From contig CM119371.1 in assembly GCA_051294905.1 (NCBI GenBank), positions 12,650,001 through 12,714,000 on the forward strand: DNA of 64,000 nucleotides. Reading direction: 5' to 3'. The position numbers and the translations under genes are program-made. Below are positions 39,033-52,466 of this stretch, in pieces. The stretch is from Botryllus schlosseri (taxonomy: Eukaryota). The first letter of the stretch is position 1. Every line of letters starts with the position of its first letter. The notes under the pieces are model-generated. The model was not told the origin of the DNA and ran no database searches. It was given only the letters and a program-made list of their open reading frames with translations.

Positions 39033-40001
39033 GTAGGGGAGATGTGGTACCGATGGATCAAAAATTGCAAAATGATCTCTGGCCCTCAAATCTTCAGCCG
39101 AGAATAGCAGATCTTTTGCTGTCTCAACACTTCGATACAAGCTCTACCTATCGCGGACATTTACATGAATATCCACCTTTTCAAAATATATTTATAAACG
39201 TTTAAAATTTGTTGCTCGAACGTGTCATCGGTCCCCACCCGGTGGGTCCAAAGGCACACGACCATGGGACCTATGAGACATACGCTCATAAACTCAAATT
39301 TGTTAACTTGTTTTGTTGTGTATTATAAGCTAAGCAACAGCAAGCCAATGAAGAATGTTTCGTCGCGACCTTCAAGAATAAAATAGATTATATCAACTGA
39401 TATGTTGGCATAAAATCATGTTTTGATTTACGCCTAAACTTACAAAATTAATGCCGCATACATATTACCCGCAAATCGACATTTTGACTTTCAAATAACT
39501 CGTAATAGCGATAAAACACCACAGGTACCTATGGTATACAGCCTATATATATTTAGGCGAGTTTCTTTTGTTAAGTGATTAGTTGGCCCATCTATTTTGC
39601 TTGATTTGGCTATGGTACCATAGGTCCCCCACCCCATAAATATTGTAATTGACTTAAAAATAGTCCACTCGAGGATGGTATTGATTCAAAAAAATATGTG
39701 CCATTATATACCCTGATACAAGCCCTATATTTCACATCAAAAATGATGGCGGGTTTGTTAGTCTGAAAGGTGATATAGAAAAATGAAAATGTCGATCCAA
39801 ATTTACTTTACACCCCCTAAAACGTAAATCATTCGTCACAGACTCCATAACTCCCGCAGGTCGAATTTTTTTGCATGTGAGGAAAGTTTCTGTCAGCATC
39901 TAACTGTAGACAAATTCACGGAGTGGAATCATGGAATTATCATGGAGAATTCTTCAAGTATTTTCGGTCCCAGTGATCCATCGGTACCACATCGCCCCTA
40001 C
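39033..40001. mobile_element. MITE with 28-bp TIRs (possibly Tc1/pogo-like)
   Basis: GTAGGGGAGATGTGGTACCGATGGATCA and its inverse match 27/28; no 8-bp TSD. Confidence 0.75.
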
Positions 40002-41174
40002 TCACACCATATGGTTCGAGCCCGGTACACACTTCCCGAATTCACCTCCGTGATGTGCAATACCGGGATGTTAATTGTATTGGATTTTGTTTGATTACTT
40101 GCGATGACTAGTAAATCAACTGGAATGATGGTAGAGTACTGCACCAAGTAATCAACCTTAACATGAATGTATTCCAAGCAAAGTAGCCCGTATTATATGA
40201 CGTTCATGCGTAGTTGCGCGTGACAACACTAAACAGTATCATTCTTTATGATACTATGAAGATATATTCTCAAGATTTAATTTTGTAGCTCTCAAATACA
40301 AGTATATTTAGTTTATCATTTTCACTAAAAAGCTTCAATGCATCTTTAATGTACAAAGGGCTCTCACTGTCAAAAGTGGTACAGTCAAGTTTTCTTCGAT
40401 ATCGACATACTGTGCGCTGCAGAATATAATACCTAGCTCGAAGCATATTGTGGAAAATAACCCCGTCGGCGTGATGGAAGTGTTTTAACGTGGAATTGGC
40501 GACCTAAAATTACGCGTAATTCATGTTACATTATTTCTAATAAACCACTCCATTCATGGAAACATGCTGCAAGCATAGTCGGCGTATAATTCGCGCACAG
40601 CGTGACGAAAATTTTCGAGTTTTCACAGATTTAGTCGAAAGTTTATTTTCGATGGGAACTCAGGCTTAAATAAAACTATTGTTCTACTATAAACCCTCAT
40701 GTCCTTACTGCACGCTCTAGTGCGACGCCATTGTTATTCAGGGCCCCCATATCGCACCCTGAGCGTTTCCGCACCCTTCAAAATCCAAATCGTCCTTTCG
40801 GGGGCGCTGGCGACCAGGTTTAGAAACACTGATATAAAACAATGTTGGACAAATCTTATCATGAATTCATACCAATTTGCCTAATATAGAGGTCGGCACA
40901 TTTTTATGATCAAGTCATGTTGTAGTAACGACTTTACTGTATGTCTCGCTTATTGGCTATAGCAGTGGTTCCTAACGTGGGCGGTATCAGCTGGCAAAAA
41001 TTCGTGTCGAGCATGACAGTGGGGGGATGAGTCGAAAAAGGTTGAGAACCACTGTAATAGTGTAACCAACACAGTAACCTCATATGTAAAAACAATCTAC
41101 TAGAAATCGCGCGAAACGCGAAGAATTTTGTTTTTGTTTCAAGAAATTCAACAAATATTACATACATATTAAAC

Positions 41175-41985
41175 CAGGGGTGGGCAAACTACGTCCCGCG
41201 GGCCGCATGCGGCCCGCAACACCGTTCTGTGCGGCCCGCGAGAGTCTAAAGAAGCTTATTAAAAATATTGATAAATAGCTTACTAAAAATCGAATTAATG
41301 TAACTTTTTCTTAGTATATTGCAACATGATAATTCTAAGGCAGTGGTTCTCAAACTGAGGGGCTCGATCCCTTGGGGGCGTGAAAGCATCTGAAAGGGGC
41401 CGCGAAGCTGAGCTCAAATGAAAAAATTTTTCGCGCTACGCGCGATTTATATGCAGTGCCCAGTTATGGCTCTGCGTTTAGTATCAAGTTCATATTTTTA
41501 AATCTCTCATCCACAGTCGTCATCTTTCATGCCATCAAACTATCCGGTTCGTTCTCTGTATGCATAGAATTAGGGTATTTATATTTTATCTACACATAGT
41601 AGAAGCGTGTTTGATGCTAACATGGTTATGATGCTGTCAACATTGTGTGTCCTGGCACTAAACCAAAGTGGCATTAGTAAATCTATGAGCAGTTAGCTGC
41701 TCACAGATTCAAATTTCAATCCTGTTCTAAAAATAGGGACAATCGACTTTCATCTCTACAGTTTTGACACATTGGTTATTGAGTTCGACTAGCCTATGAA
41801 ATCTCGCCACTGTTCTGACGCGTGTACGATATGATCAAAGCAATGTTTGGTTTTTTAAATAAGCCTATATATTATCTCCATGTCCTCGCTATGTGATCAA
41901 ATACCAATATTGCGTTTTGGTGCGGCCCGTGAATGGATTCAGATGTTGAATGCGGCCCGCGACCTCAAAAGTTTGCCCACCCCTG
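41175..41985. mobile_element. Charlie-like MITE (GCGGCCCGC motifs)
   Basis: TIR CAGGGGTGGGCAAACT; perfect TSD TATTAAAC; empty site at ~8293-8300. Confidence 0.95.
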
Positions 41986-42428
41986 TATTAAACGATCGCT
42001 CTGGTGCCGTCACGACCCAAAATTACCTCCGGTGCGACCCATATATGTTTACTCTAAGTACCCCTTCCATACAGACCCTCCTGTCAATCGAGATACCGTT
42101 CGATTTTAGCTGGGTTCTGAAACCAGATGTGATCGAGCTAAAAAAATGCTCATTGATGATTGAGCTTGAGTATGTTAAGCGCTTTTCCCGCTTCCTGGTA
42201 AACTCTGTGTCCAATCCCGGACTTCCCGATGCAAGGCGAACAAACGCGGTAGAGTAATTGTTGGATAGCCGCTATAAATTGGGTTGCTGACGCCGCTAAA
42301 AACTATATCACGAAAGCATCTGCTGGTGGACGTGAGTATTTAGTTAATGTGCTGTCAATAAACGATATGATACTGTTCGTGTTCGTCCACAGAGATAACC
42401 AAGCGCGCAAAAAGACTGTCATAGCGAC

Positions 42429-45400
42429 ATGAATTATTCAAGGATGTCAATGTTGTTATGTGTGCTTGCGGGAATCGCAATCGAGAATGGCTGTTGTACC
42501 TGCCGGTAAGCACGACTATTGACGGTATATATACCCAGTTGATAGACTTACGTTGGTCTCGAAATGCCCTATGCTCGGAAAAAATGGTTCAACGTACATG
42601 GTCAGAAGTACGGTACATTTAGTTGTGACTTTCCATCCTGGCTGCAATCGCACTCTGCGATCTCGTCACTCATGTAACCGGTTCATATAGATATTACATG
42701 TTTATAAATACCTTTAAATGTGAAGGAAATCACACCAATTACAGCCTGCGGGACATATAGAGCTGTCATGGTCTCGGTTACTTACTATATACAGATACTG
42801 TCTATAATATATTTTGATCTAATTCAGCGATCTTTAACCGGGTATCGTACACCGTCAGGAGGAAATGCCAAGTTGGAATCGTGTGCGTCTCTCGAATGAA
42901 GGTTTTACTAGATGTTTGAGTGATGTATGATATATTTCGACTATAGCGACAGTCCGATTGCATATGCAACAATGGGAATAATAAAAACCGGAAGATGAAT
43001 CATCATTAATCTTTAATTTTGCGCCCAAAATTTTTGAAGAAACCCCGTCGATCAGCTCTACCACTTAATCTCATCACGTGGACTGAGAATGGATCAATAT
43101 TTGACAGTAATATGTGTCTGTGCCATCATTGTTTTCTTGAGATATTCCTTGCGTATAAAAGTTTCTAATTGTAGAAACAGAACCGCCACACAAGCTTACT
43201 ATATATGCACCTAAATCCCGAGTATTATTTTAAAGAAAAGTTGTTGAGATTCGTTGTATAGTCGCATATGGCGCGAAAAATTCAACCTCTTGATTGAATT
43301 TCGTCGATAATATTGGTAGTTGCACATATATTACTGTCAAATATGCAACCGTTCTCAGTCCACGTCATCAGATTAAACGGTAGAGCGGATGGAGGGGATG
43401 TCTTCGAAAATTTTGGTAATAAAATTAGAAATGACGCATCTTCCGCTCTTGTTAATCACTTTGTTGCATGTTATTACTTCTGGACCTCTCATCAGGATTG
43501 GCGGTATAGCCGAAATATATTGCAATCGCTCAAGCTCATTATAAAAACCATCTTTTGTGAAACGCGCTGGATTCCAACGATTCCGCGATTCTTTGAAGAG
43601 CGCATCACTTATGCGGTTCGCATATGCACGATGGGACTCAGATTGCAAGCACAATATTATATTAAAAACTAATATTCCACTCCACCCTGACTCGCAGTAA
43701 GCAAGTAGTAAATCTTCAAGTCAAATTAAAATATCTCAGATCTTTGGGAACCAATTTAAATTGCACAACGACGGCCACCAACACACGCTAATATAAATAT
43801 GTGTAAATATATGTAATTATAATTACGGTTTTACCTACGACCAACCCTGGTCTAATCGAAATAAGAATGAACAAGGTTGCAACGCATAGGATATGTTAAA
43901 TACTAATAAGGGCTCGAGGTTCGCGCACCACTATCTAACACAGTGGTTCTCAAACCCGATCCCGAAACCCCCTGGCTACGCCTCTGCAAATATGTACGCT
44001 GCGCTATTTATAACCATCTGGCAGGAAGTAACGATTCCAAATGTCTGAATTGTCGCGGCGGTTTCCTCGAGAATCATTATATACAGTTATCGCAAGCTAA
44101 ACACATGTTACATCCACCCTGTTCTACTCCGGAAGGAACCAAAAAGTCCATTGATAGCGGGTAAATAACGATGAGAAAATTTGCTTATGATATCATGAAA
44201 GAAAACGCAATTTATTAGCGGCGTGCAGTGGATATGAACATTGCACGATGTTGCACATCCGGTCAACTTTTTCTGAAGCACGAACATGCCTATTTATTGT
44301 GATAGTCAGTAATAGGCCAGTTATAGGTACACCCTAGCAGACCCCATCTTAGTGGCACACCGTTTAAACATGCTACGTTACACCCTATCTATGACGCACC
44401 CGGTTGAAGAGCCCTGGTCGAATACTTTATTTATTGTAGTAACTGAACGGCACCATAATGAAGTGCGTGCAATTTCAATCGTGGGTTTTATAGACGGTGT
44501 ATTACATCACGAGGTAATTCAATATTACTCCGCAATCAAAGCCAATTCCCTTAGCGAGACAATTCATTTGGAAGTTACTTGTAACATAAAAGTCAAGTTT
44601 TAAAACATACATGCATGTTAATACCGTGATTACACTTAGAATTATGTCGTCGTGCACGAATACAACATATTTATATATTTTCAGTGATCCTATACCATGC
44701 GGCAAAAGTAAGTATATATTGCTTGGGCTAAAGCATAAGCCTCATCAGTCTATTTTCAGTAATCCGGAGTGTTGCGATGCTGAGTTAGTTTGTTGTATTC
44801 ATGGTGTCTGTCGACTACTATGGTCATTTGATCCTGTCCGATATTCTTCATTTTTATTCCGTAGCTGCCGACTTGTAGCACGGCCCACTTTTAGGCTTTT
44901 ATAGGACACCACTTACTGGGATGAGCTGGCGCGGAGGAGCCTAGATAAACCTCAAAGACTTAGGTACGAACTCTATAGTTTGCGATGCTACGTATAGTCG
45001 AATCCACTCATTTCAGACACCAAGTGACCCGGTAAACCCCTTTATTAGGTGAAAATGCTCGAAACCGAGACAAAAGCAAAAATTGCACGTAAAAAGCTCC
45101 CAATAATCCCGACAATCTCTGCTTAATTCGGATACAGACATGCATTTCCTTTCGATAGGCAATGATAAAATGAAAATTGAACAGGCCCTCCTTCGTTTTA
45201 ACACAAGATGAGTGATTGTGGTAAAACACCAATGATCCATGCAGCAACAATCGACGGTGAACTTATAAAAGCCGTGCCAGCTATACAAAATAAATTTAGT
45301 TTGAGTATGATTGCGACCATCTTGTAGAGCAGAATGGCACAGAAAAGGCTGTTTCAGTTGTTTTCACACTGTACAATTTCAACCCGATATGTTTGTGTTG

Positions 45401-46533
45401 TACAGCAGTAGAGTATAAAGTATTCCCTGAATCTTTTGGTTCGAAATACGGTACAATGCATCTGACCTGTACGTTTCATACGACCTGTGCCAATTATTGC
45501 AGTGTAGCGCAGTTGGCATTCATTCATTATTCAATAGTACAGGATTTTTATTGCATGTTCTGTCTTTCCGCATGACCACGAAACGTGTTTTCCGATTACT
45601 GAAAGGTAGTTAAACCAAAGTGTACGGATTAGGCGGAGTCGGCGGTATATACTTCTCTGTGTTGTACAATGCTAATTATCGTATTAAGATCCACACCTAC
45701 AACCAGGTCCCAATAAACCCCATTCTTGTTGACTGCTTGCGATATTAACGACTTGGAACAAGGCCTATGACTTCATACAATGGGTATGAATGGATAGTGG
45801 GTATTTACACCAAGCGACGTTGACCAAAGGTCTTTGTTGTCCATATAATGACTTTGTTCGTTCTGACGGGATTAGGCCTGTTAGAAATCACGGTCGCCAG
45901 CCAGCCTCGAAATAATTATTCGCCTAAATACAACACTTGATCGGAATTTTTTTTTTGCTTCAGTACAATTACTGGCATCACAATGTCGCTAACATGTTGG
46001 AAATTGGCAATGCTACAAAAATCATACCGTTGCCGAGTAGCCTACCTAATTTATGACGATAATTAGCGTCCTATTTATCAATCTTTTCCACAACTTTACT
46101 AAAACATCATGCCTATTATTACCATAATTGCAGAGTACTTTCCTCACAATTACATTGCCACACAAATCTTTTGTGGCGAGAATTTATAGAAGCACTTTTA
46201 GGTTCGTCGCAACAAGTATTTGTACTGTAGGGGTGAACGTGAGCAATTGGACTTGAGAGCCAACATTGCTCTGTGTCCTGCTTTCAGCTGTTGAACTTTG
46301 AATATTTAGGAAAACATAGAACATCTCCAAAAGTCACTACGAAGCCGACTGCATACAGAGAGGATACAGAGAAGATACAGAGCGACGCGAGTCGCATCGA
46401 ATCGCAACCATCCCTCGAAGTCAATGAGATGCCGACTGCATACCGGCAAATACAGAATGGCGCGAAAGTACTGCTGGATATCCAAGCTGACACAATATTA
46501 CTTCAAAAAATTCTAGACGATATCTACCATTAG
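42429..46533 (+). pseudogene. Frameshifted paralogue of the 8722-13480 gene; exons 42429-42505, 44685-44707, 46202-
   Basis: MNYSRMSMLLCVLAGIAIENGCCTCRDPIPCGKSSSQQVFVL*; a 2-nt deletion gives TAG at 46228; the downstream frame (FEYLG..PKVT.KP..RIESQPSL) is homologous. Confidence 0.75.
44786..44979 (-). mobile_element. 5'-truncated SINE
   Basis: TSD ttgcgatgctgagt / ttgcgatgctacgt; absent at the paralogous site ~11870. Confidence 0.8.
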
Positions 46534-47915
46534 GTGTCTCGTTTCCTAAGATGTGGATTGTATACGGATGATGGGAACTAATTGTGATCTTTGATAATAA
46601 ACGTTCCTCATATGTGTTGCAGTGATGAAATCAGGTTGTACGCTGTAAGTTTTGTCAGATACACCAGCATTTCGTCTTACCTCCGAAATTTGTTGCAGTA
46701 CTGACTCAAAATTGTTCCGATTCAATGGCAATCAATGCTATGTTCTAACGCAGGGGTGGGCAATTATTTTTCTCTGCGGGCCTAATGAGAAGCAGAAAAT
46801 ACGTTGGCGGGCCGAGTCAGAAATTTTAGCTGTATTCTCCAGCGTACTGATTTTATTTCCAAATTGAAAGCAGTGAATTACAGTAAATGGTGCTCAGTGA
46901 ATGTGCTGATATTGGGGAATGAGAAAGTGACGGTTAATTAGCAAAAAATAAAAATAATATTCATTTGCCTTAGATTTTGGAACAATGTCAAACATGGTGC
47001 ATTGGGCGGTGGTTTACGGTGCAGCAGTGACGGTCCTGGGGTTAATAATAGGCTTATTGTCTTGTGCAATTTGGCGAAATTACCTTTTGGTTGAGCCAAG
47101 CTTTCATTTCTTCCGAAATTCACCTTCCCTTGACCGAGTGTATGTCCAGTCGCGTAGCAGCCACTTGGCGGTTATGGCTCTGCGGCAGGCTCAAAGGGGG
47201 CGGCAAAATGAGTCTGCACAGTACACAGTGTAAACAGCCGGCTAAAAGCAGCGTAATTGGTAGTCGTACTGCTGGCTACCAGAGAGCTTAATTTAATCAA
47301 ACTGGTCTCAATCGAAAGCTAGTGTCGCACTGATTCCGAAACACACACATTAAAATGTGAGCACGGCAATGGAACCACTCCGAAATATCCGTCAAGACCA
47401 ATTGTTCCGAACAATCGGAGCGCCGCAATACAATGACCAGTTGACCATGGTAATGGAAATTGTATCGAGCGATTATTTGGAACAATGCCGATTTTCCGAT
47501 TTTGATGGCTATTTCGGGGTGGTTCCGTTGCCCTGACCAACTTTTAAATTGTATTTCCGGAATCAGGGCAACAATAGCTAACGATTTAGATCAGTATTGT
47601 TAAACTGGAGTTAGCGAGAGAGATTGCGTAGTGGTGACGATTCTGGATCGGAGGTTATCCCGGGCTTCTCTGTCCCCGCGTCCCCATTCTTACGGCGACA
47701 AAAAATCCCTGTCGTATCTGTTCATATTACATCGCATCGCATTGTGTCTTATTGCATTGTACATTGTGTGTGTGTCTTGTTCAGATGAAAATATAATCTG
47801 ACCATTATATATTTATTATGATATTGATAAGAGGCTGGTGCGGTGCAGTGAAACCACGTTTAATCGTAATGCAACAGCGTTTGGTGTTTTACAGTGGTTA
47901 TAGTTAAATCACACC

Positions 47916-49193
47916 CAGAGGTGGTCAAAGTAGTCAAGAAAGCTACTCAAGTAGAAGTAGAAGTAGCGACGAAAAAATCTACTCAAGTACGAGAAGAAGT
48001 ACTTTTTCTATAAGCAACCTAAAACAACTTGAAGTAGAAGTAGAATTGACTGACTTTAAATCTACTCAAGCAAGCAAGTAGTTGAGAAAACGAGCGTAAT
48101 TCATTCACAGGGATTGTCAAAAGGTGCAAATTGAGCTATGCGAAAGGTGCTGAGCTTGATTAATATTGATGCATACCAGGAGATATCCTATTTTCGACAG
48201 CATAAGCAGTCGTCAGCATCATGGAATGAAGGATAGTATTGGTATGGAAATGTGATATTAATATTCTGTTTTCTCGAACAGCACGTTTTAGAAAATATCA
48301 TGATATGGCGCCCGCCCCCGTATTATAAGGCCCGTAGTTTAGTCGGAGAGCGATACGGAGAAGTTGTATAGGATACGGTGTAAACACTTTGTGCGATTAG
48401 TGCACGTTAATAAAAAATATGTTGGAACGTGATAATGCCATATTGTGTAGCTTTATTTCCGGGAATTAAAGGCGTTACTACACTTGCATTTATTCTTCAA
48501 CACGTATATGTTATCCAGACAAAAGAACTGATATTAATTAGAACTCAAAGTATATGATACTGGAAATTGAAAGTGAAATATAAATACCACTTCTAAAAGT
48601 GGAACATGTATTTAATGTCTTTAGTCCATAAAGTTTCAAAGGTGGTTTGCCAAAACACATTAAAAAGAAAAAAAAATTCAGAATCCACTTTTCCAGATGA
48701 GGACACGCTATGGACATGCTAGATTACGATATGATGGGTAAATGATAGATTGCGAAACATCAGTTTCAAACGTTATGGTGAGCCATATATACTGTGATAA
48801 ACTATTTCATATGGGCGAAGAGCGACAATGTGGTGTGAACGGACCACGCCAACCCGCTACCTAAATTATATTCACCGATACAATCGTGAAATTATAATGG
48901 TTACTCGCGATCCACTGCGCGCGAAGCACGACAAAAATTCTGGGCTTTACTCAACTATTATGGAAGTTAAATGATGATACTCCGTGAAAACAGCCCTGAA
49001 ATTCCTCTGGCTATCTTCTTGATTGGAGCATTGAACTACTTCTACTTGACAAACTAAAAAAAAAAAGTATATCACAAAATATTTCGAAGTAGAAGTAGCG
49101 AAAATCAGATCTACTTGAGTAAGTACCAGAAGTAGAGGAAAACTAGTTGAGTACTTCGAAAAAGTAAAAGTACAACGTTACTGACCACCTCTG
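47916..49193. mobile_element. Tol2-like non-autonomous hAT element
   Basis: TIR CAGAGGTGGTCA / TGACCACCTCTG; (A/G)AGTA subterminal repeats; perfect TSD ATCACACC. Confidence 0.9.
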
Positions 49194-49225
49194 ATCACAC
49201 CTATACTTGATTCGACACCATATAT

Positions 49226-49453
49226 TTGGGCTTGTGTATGAAACTTTGTCTGACCATTGGTGTTTCAATTGCGAGCTGTGAGAGGAGCTTCTCAAAGCTC
49301 AAACCGATAAAGTCTTATTTACATTCTACCATGAATAGTGATCGCCTATCAGCTCCATCCATTCTTTCTATAGAAAGAGACTACGTTCAAAAACTTAATT
49401 TTGAGGATATTGTCGCTGATATCGCTTCGGCGAAAGGCCGAGAAGCTCAATAG
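49226..49453 (+). pseudogene. hAT transposase C-terminal dimerisation-domain fragment
   Basis: LTIGVSIASCERSFSKLKPIKSYLHSTMNSDRLS..ILSIE; followed by a hAT-like right end (gctacgccact, ~49650). Confidence 0.9.
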
Positions 49454-50654
49454 TTTTGCCTAAAACATTCGTTCACCGTTTCTTGTCTTTATTATTTTTG
49501 GCCTTATAAACGCTGAGACGGTGCGACTTCTTACTTAAGCAATATATATTGCTTGAATATGAAACTATGTCGAAATTTGCTGCGGTCTACTTATTGGGGG
49601 CGGCATTTTCAAGGAAAGCCATGGGCGGTAGCCCATGCTGCTACGCCACTATGTATGTCTTGGTGTTTTTGTCATAAACCCGACTTAAATTATACTCAAT
49701 AAACATGGCGACCCGCTCTGCACTAACTACTAAGAAATCGGGCATACCTCTGACTCCGGTAAACAAATATTTATTCCTCCGAACCTTCTTCGAATTTAAA
49801 CTTTCGGCATTCTTTTTTTTTTGACATCCATTATGGGTGATGATGACTCAGAGATCACTGGCACTGATTGACTTGTTTTACGAATTTGGGAGTTGGAAAC
49901 GCATCACGTAACAATTTGAAACACAGACCATAAAATGCGTAATGTGACAATGGCAACAAATATTGTTTGCTGACTTTAATTGTAACGGCATATTTTGCTA
50001 CATTGGCTTTAGTCTGAATCTGGATTACGCAATATAGGTATGCGTATAGGCTGCGTAATCGCAGCATGTTAATGAACAGGCTTGATAGTAAACGAATTTG
50101 CGGTCAGTTGCAGCAACATTATAAAGTAGGTTTTATATTTTCAATTTCAAGCAACGTTTCGCGGGCCGCACTGAATAGCTCCGCGGGCCGCACGTTGCCC
50201 AGGCCAGTCTAACGTCATGATTGTGGGTTATTATAAATTTCTAGTACATATCTCACGCGACTTTTATTATTATGTAAGCATTGCAGTTACACCAGTGATT
50301 CCCAACCCAACCATTTTTACTTCATTCCTGACTTCTGAATATTTCCGGTTTTCATTCCTTACTCCAATAAAATTTCGTAATAACTTGTTTCGTAAGGAAT
50401 TTTTATTGATGCAAGTTAAGACGAGTCAAAACTGATGGTGACGGCCCGTGTATAAAGAAAGCAATGATTATGCAGTTGCTCATTATTTTTTCAGAACAAA
50501 CATGATTCCCATATCGATTTAACTACGGTACTATTTTCTTATAACTCTCGTCATTCCGTTTTATTGAACTTTAAGCTCACCAGAGTAATATGCCGGATGT
50601 CTCGGACAAGTCATTTGCTTGTTTGAGTAGCTTACACATCCAATATCCCTGGTA

Positions 50655-50927
50655 GGGTGGAGAGATACCGTAGTGGTAAAATCAACAGCTGCAACACCGA
50701 TGGGTGGCATGTTCGAGTCCGACCAAGGTCGACTTCAGAATTTCTACCTAAGTGTTGGAACTTTCTCTAGGCTCCTCCTCGCCATCTCATCCGTGCAAGC
50801 GGTGTCCTATAAAAAGCTTCGAAATGGGCCGTGTTACAAATCGGCAGCTACGGAATAAAAATGAACAAAATTGGCCTGTCTTAAATGACCATAGTAGTCG
50901 ACAAACACCATGAATACCACAATTTAA
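50655..50927 (+). mobile_element. Full-length tRNA-derived SINE
   Basis: A-box TACCGTAGTGG, B-box GTTCGAGTCC, family tail, perfect 14-bp TSD CAATATCCCTGGTA. Confidence 0.9.
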
Positions 50928-51087
50928 CAATATCCCTGGTACTTCAGACAGTACACATACGCAATCGCCTTTTACTGCAATATCAACCTTCATGTGTGCC
51001 GGTGTCCCGCAGAATTCTGCGAAAGCGTTATTGCACGTCATACTGCTCCTGCTAAATGTGTTTGTGACCCCAATGTTGGTTATCCAG

Positions 51088-51301
51088 TTTGTTTGTTTCT
51101 TTTGTGGTATTTATGGTGTTTGTCGACTATCATGGTCATTTACACCAGATCCCTATTCTTCATTTTTATTCCGTAACTGTCAACTAATAGGACGGCCCAC
51201 TTATTGGCTTGTTGTAATACACCGCCTACGCGGATGAGTTGGCGAGGAGAAGCCTTGATAAACCTCCAACACTTGAGTAGGAATTCTGAAGTTGACCTCT
51301 G
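51088..51301 (-). mobile_element. 5'-truncated SINE
   Basis: Family body and tail; TSD tggttatccag/tggttattcag. Confidence 0.8.
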
Positions 51302-51503
51302 TGGTTATTCAGTGTTTTTGAACAACACACATTAAAGCTAGCGGCACCTACAGTTCATACCTGTGAACTGGAAACTACCGTAATTGTTGTGTTCTGCCTT
51401 GGTATACATGTATATACTGTAGATAAATATTTGCAAGTCCGTCTGTTACCCACCGAAACCCCTGAATTCCCCGCAACTGGGAATTTCCCTACCGGTTGGG
51501 AAC

Positions 51504-52466
51504 TAGGGATGGTGTGAACCTCTGAAAGGTTCAGGTTCGTGTGAACGTGAACCTTTTTGAAGGGTTCTGTGTGAACACGAACGTGAACCTCATGACGTCA
51601 CGTGACGTCATATTGCTAATTTCAACCCCATATTTTAATTAGGTGATTGCCTATATTACTCTGCTGTACACGATACCGAGCGACGACTCGGGGCCACATA
51701 ATAGCTCGGTAGCCTACTTAAGTACATATTGACGTTTTAAACGTCGCCAAATGTATCAACTGAGGCAATCAAATGATAAAATAATCCCATAAAATCAGTA
51801 TCTTGCGTCGCTTTGCCATAAATTTCGACCTGATCGGACAATGTATTCGGCGTCTGAGTATTGCCACATGGACATTGAGCAGAGTGTAAAATGGGTTTCT
51901 ATACTTGCTACCGATATTACCCCATTAACAAGTTATACAGCAGTATAGCCAACACCCCAGTCGCACGGATTTGGTTTTTATGATACAGTATACATATGTG
52001 GTCAAGATTGACCCCGTACGCCTGCTAGATTTTTACATCAGAAGACGATATCAATCTCATTGATTGGTTGAATAAGGATCATTCGCTGACAAAATACAGT
52101 GTATTTCGGTCTTGATGTCATGTGATTGCGGGTCAAGCTCACAGCACAGAGACACTAAATATGCACAAACGGAAAGCTGGATATTTCGAGCAAACTTTTG
52201 TAACAATACAAGTAATTTTTTTGAGATTGTCAAGGGCATGCTCGTTTAGTGTTGAATGTTTATACTGCCAGCTCCATGCATAGAGTGGCCCGCAGTTGAA
52301 AGTCAATAAATTTGAACCAAAGATGTTATAATGAAGTGAAAATTGCAATATATGAAAAGGTTCACAGTGCAGAACCTACCAAGGTTCTGTTGTGAACGCG
52401 AACCTCAAATATTCCGAGGTTCACACACAGAACGCGAACGTGAACCTCACGTTCACACCATCCCTA
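51504..52466. mobile_element. Ac-like non-autonomous hAT element with GTGAAC repeats
   Basis: TIR TAGGGATGGTGTGAAC / GTTCACACCATCCCTA; perfect TSD TTGGGAAC. Confidence 0.95.

Larger units (their letters stand above)
46751..50206. mobile_element. Charlie-like element with nested insertions
   Basis: CAGGGGTGGGCAA / TTGCCCAGGCCA; TSD TTCTAACG/GTCTAACG; flanks rejoin to match 13640-13720. Confidence 0.75.

Noticed and set aside
50655..50730. tRNA gene
   Set aside because: A and B boxes are present but it continues into a SINE body with a TSD; no intact cloverleaf is evident.
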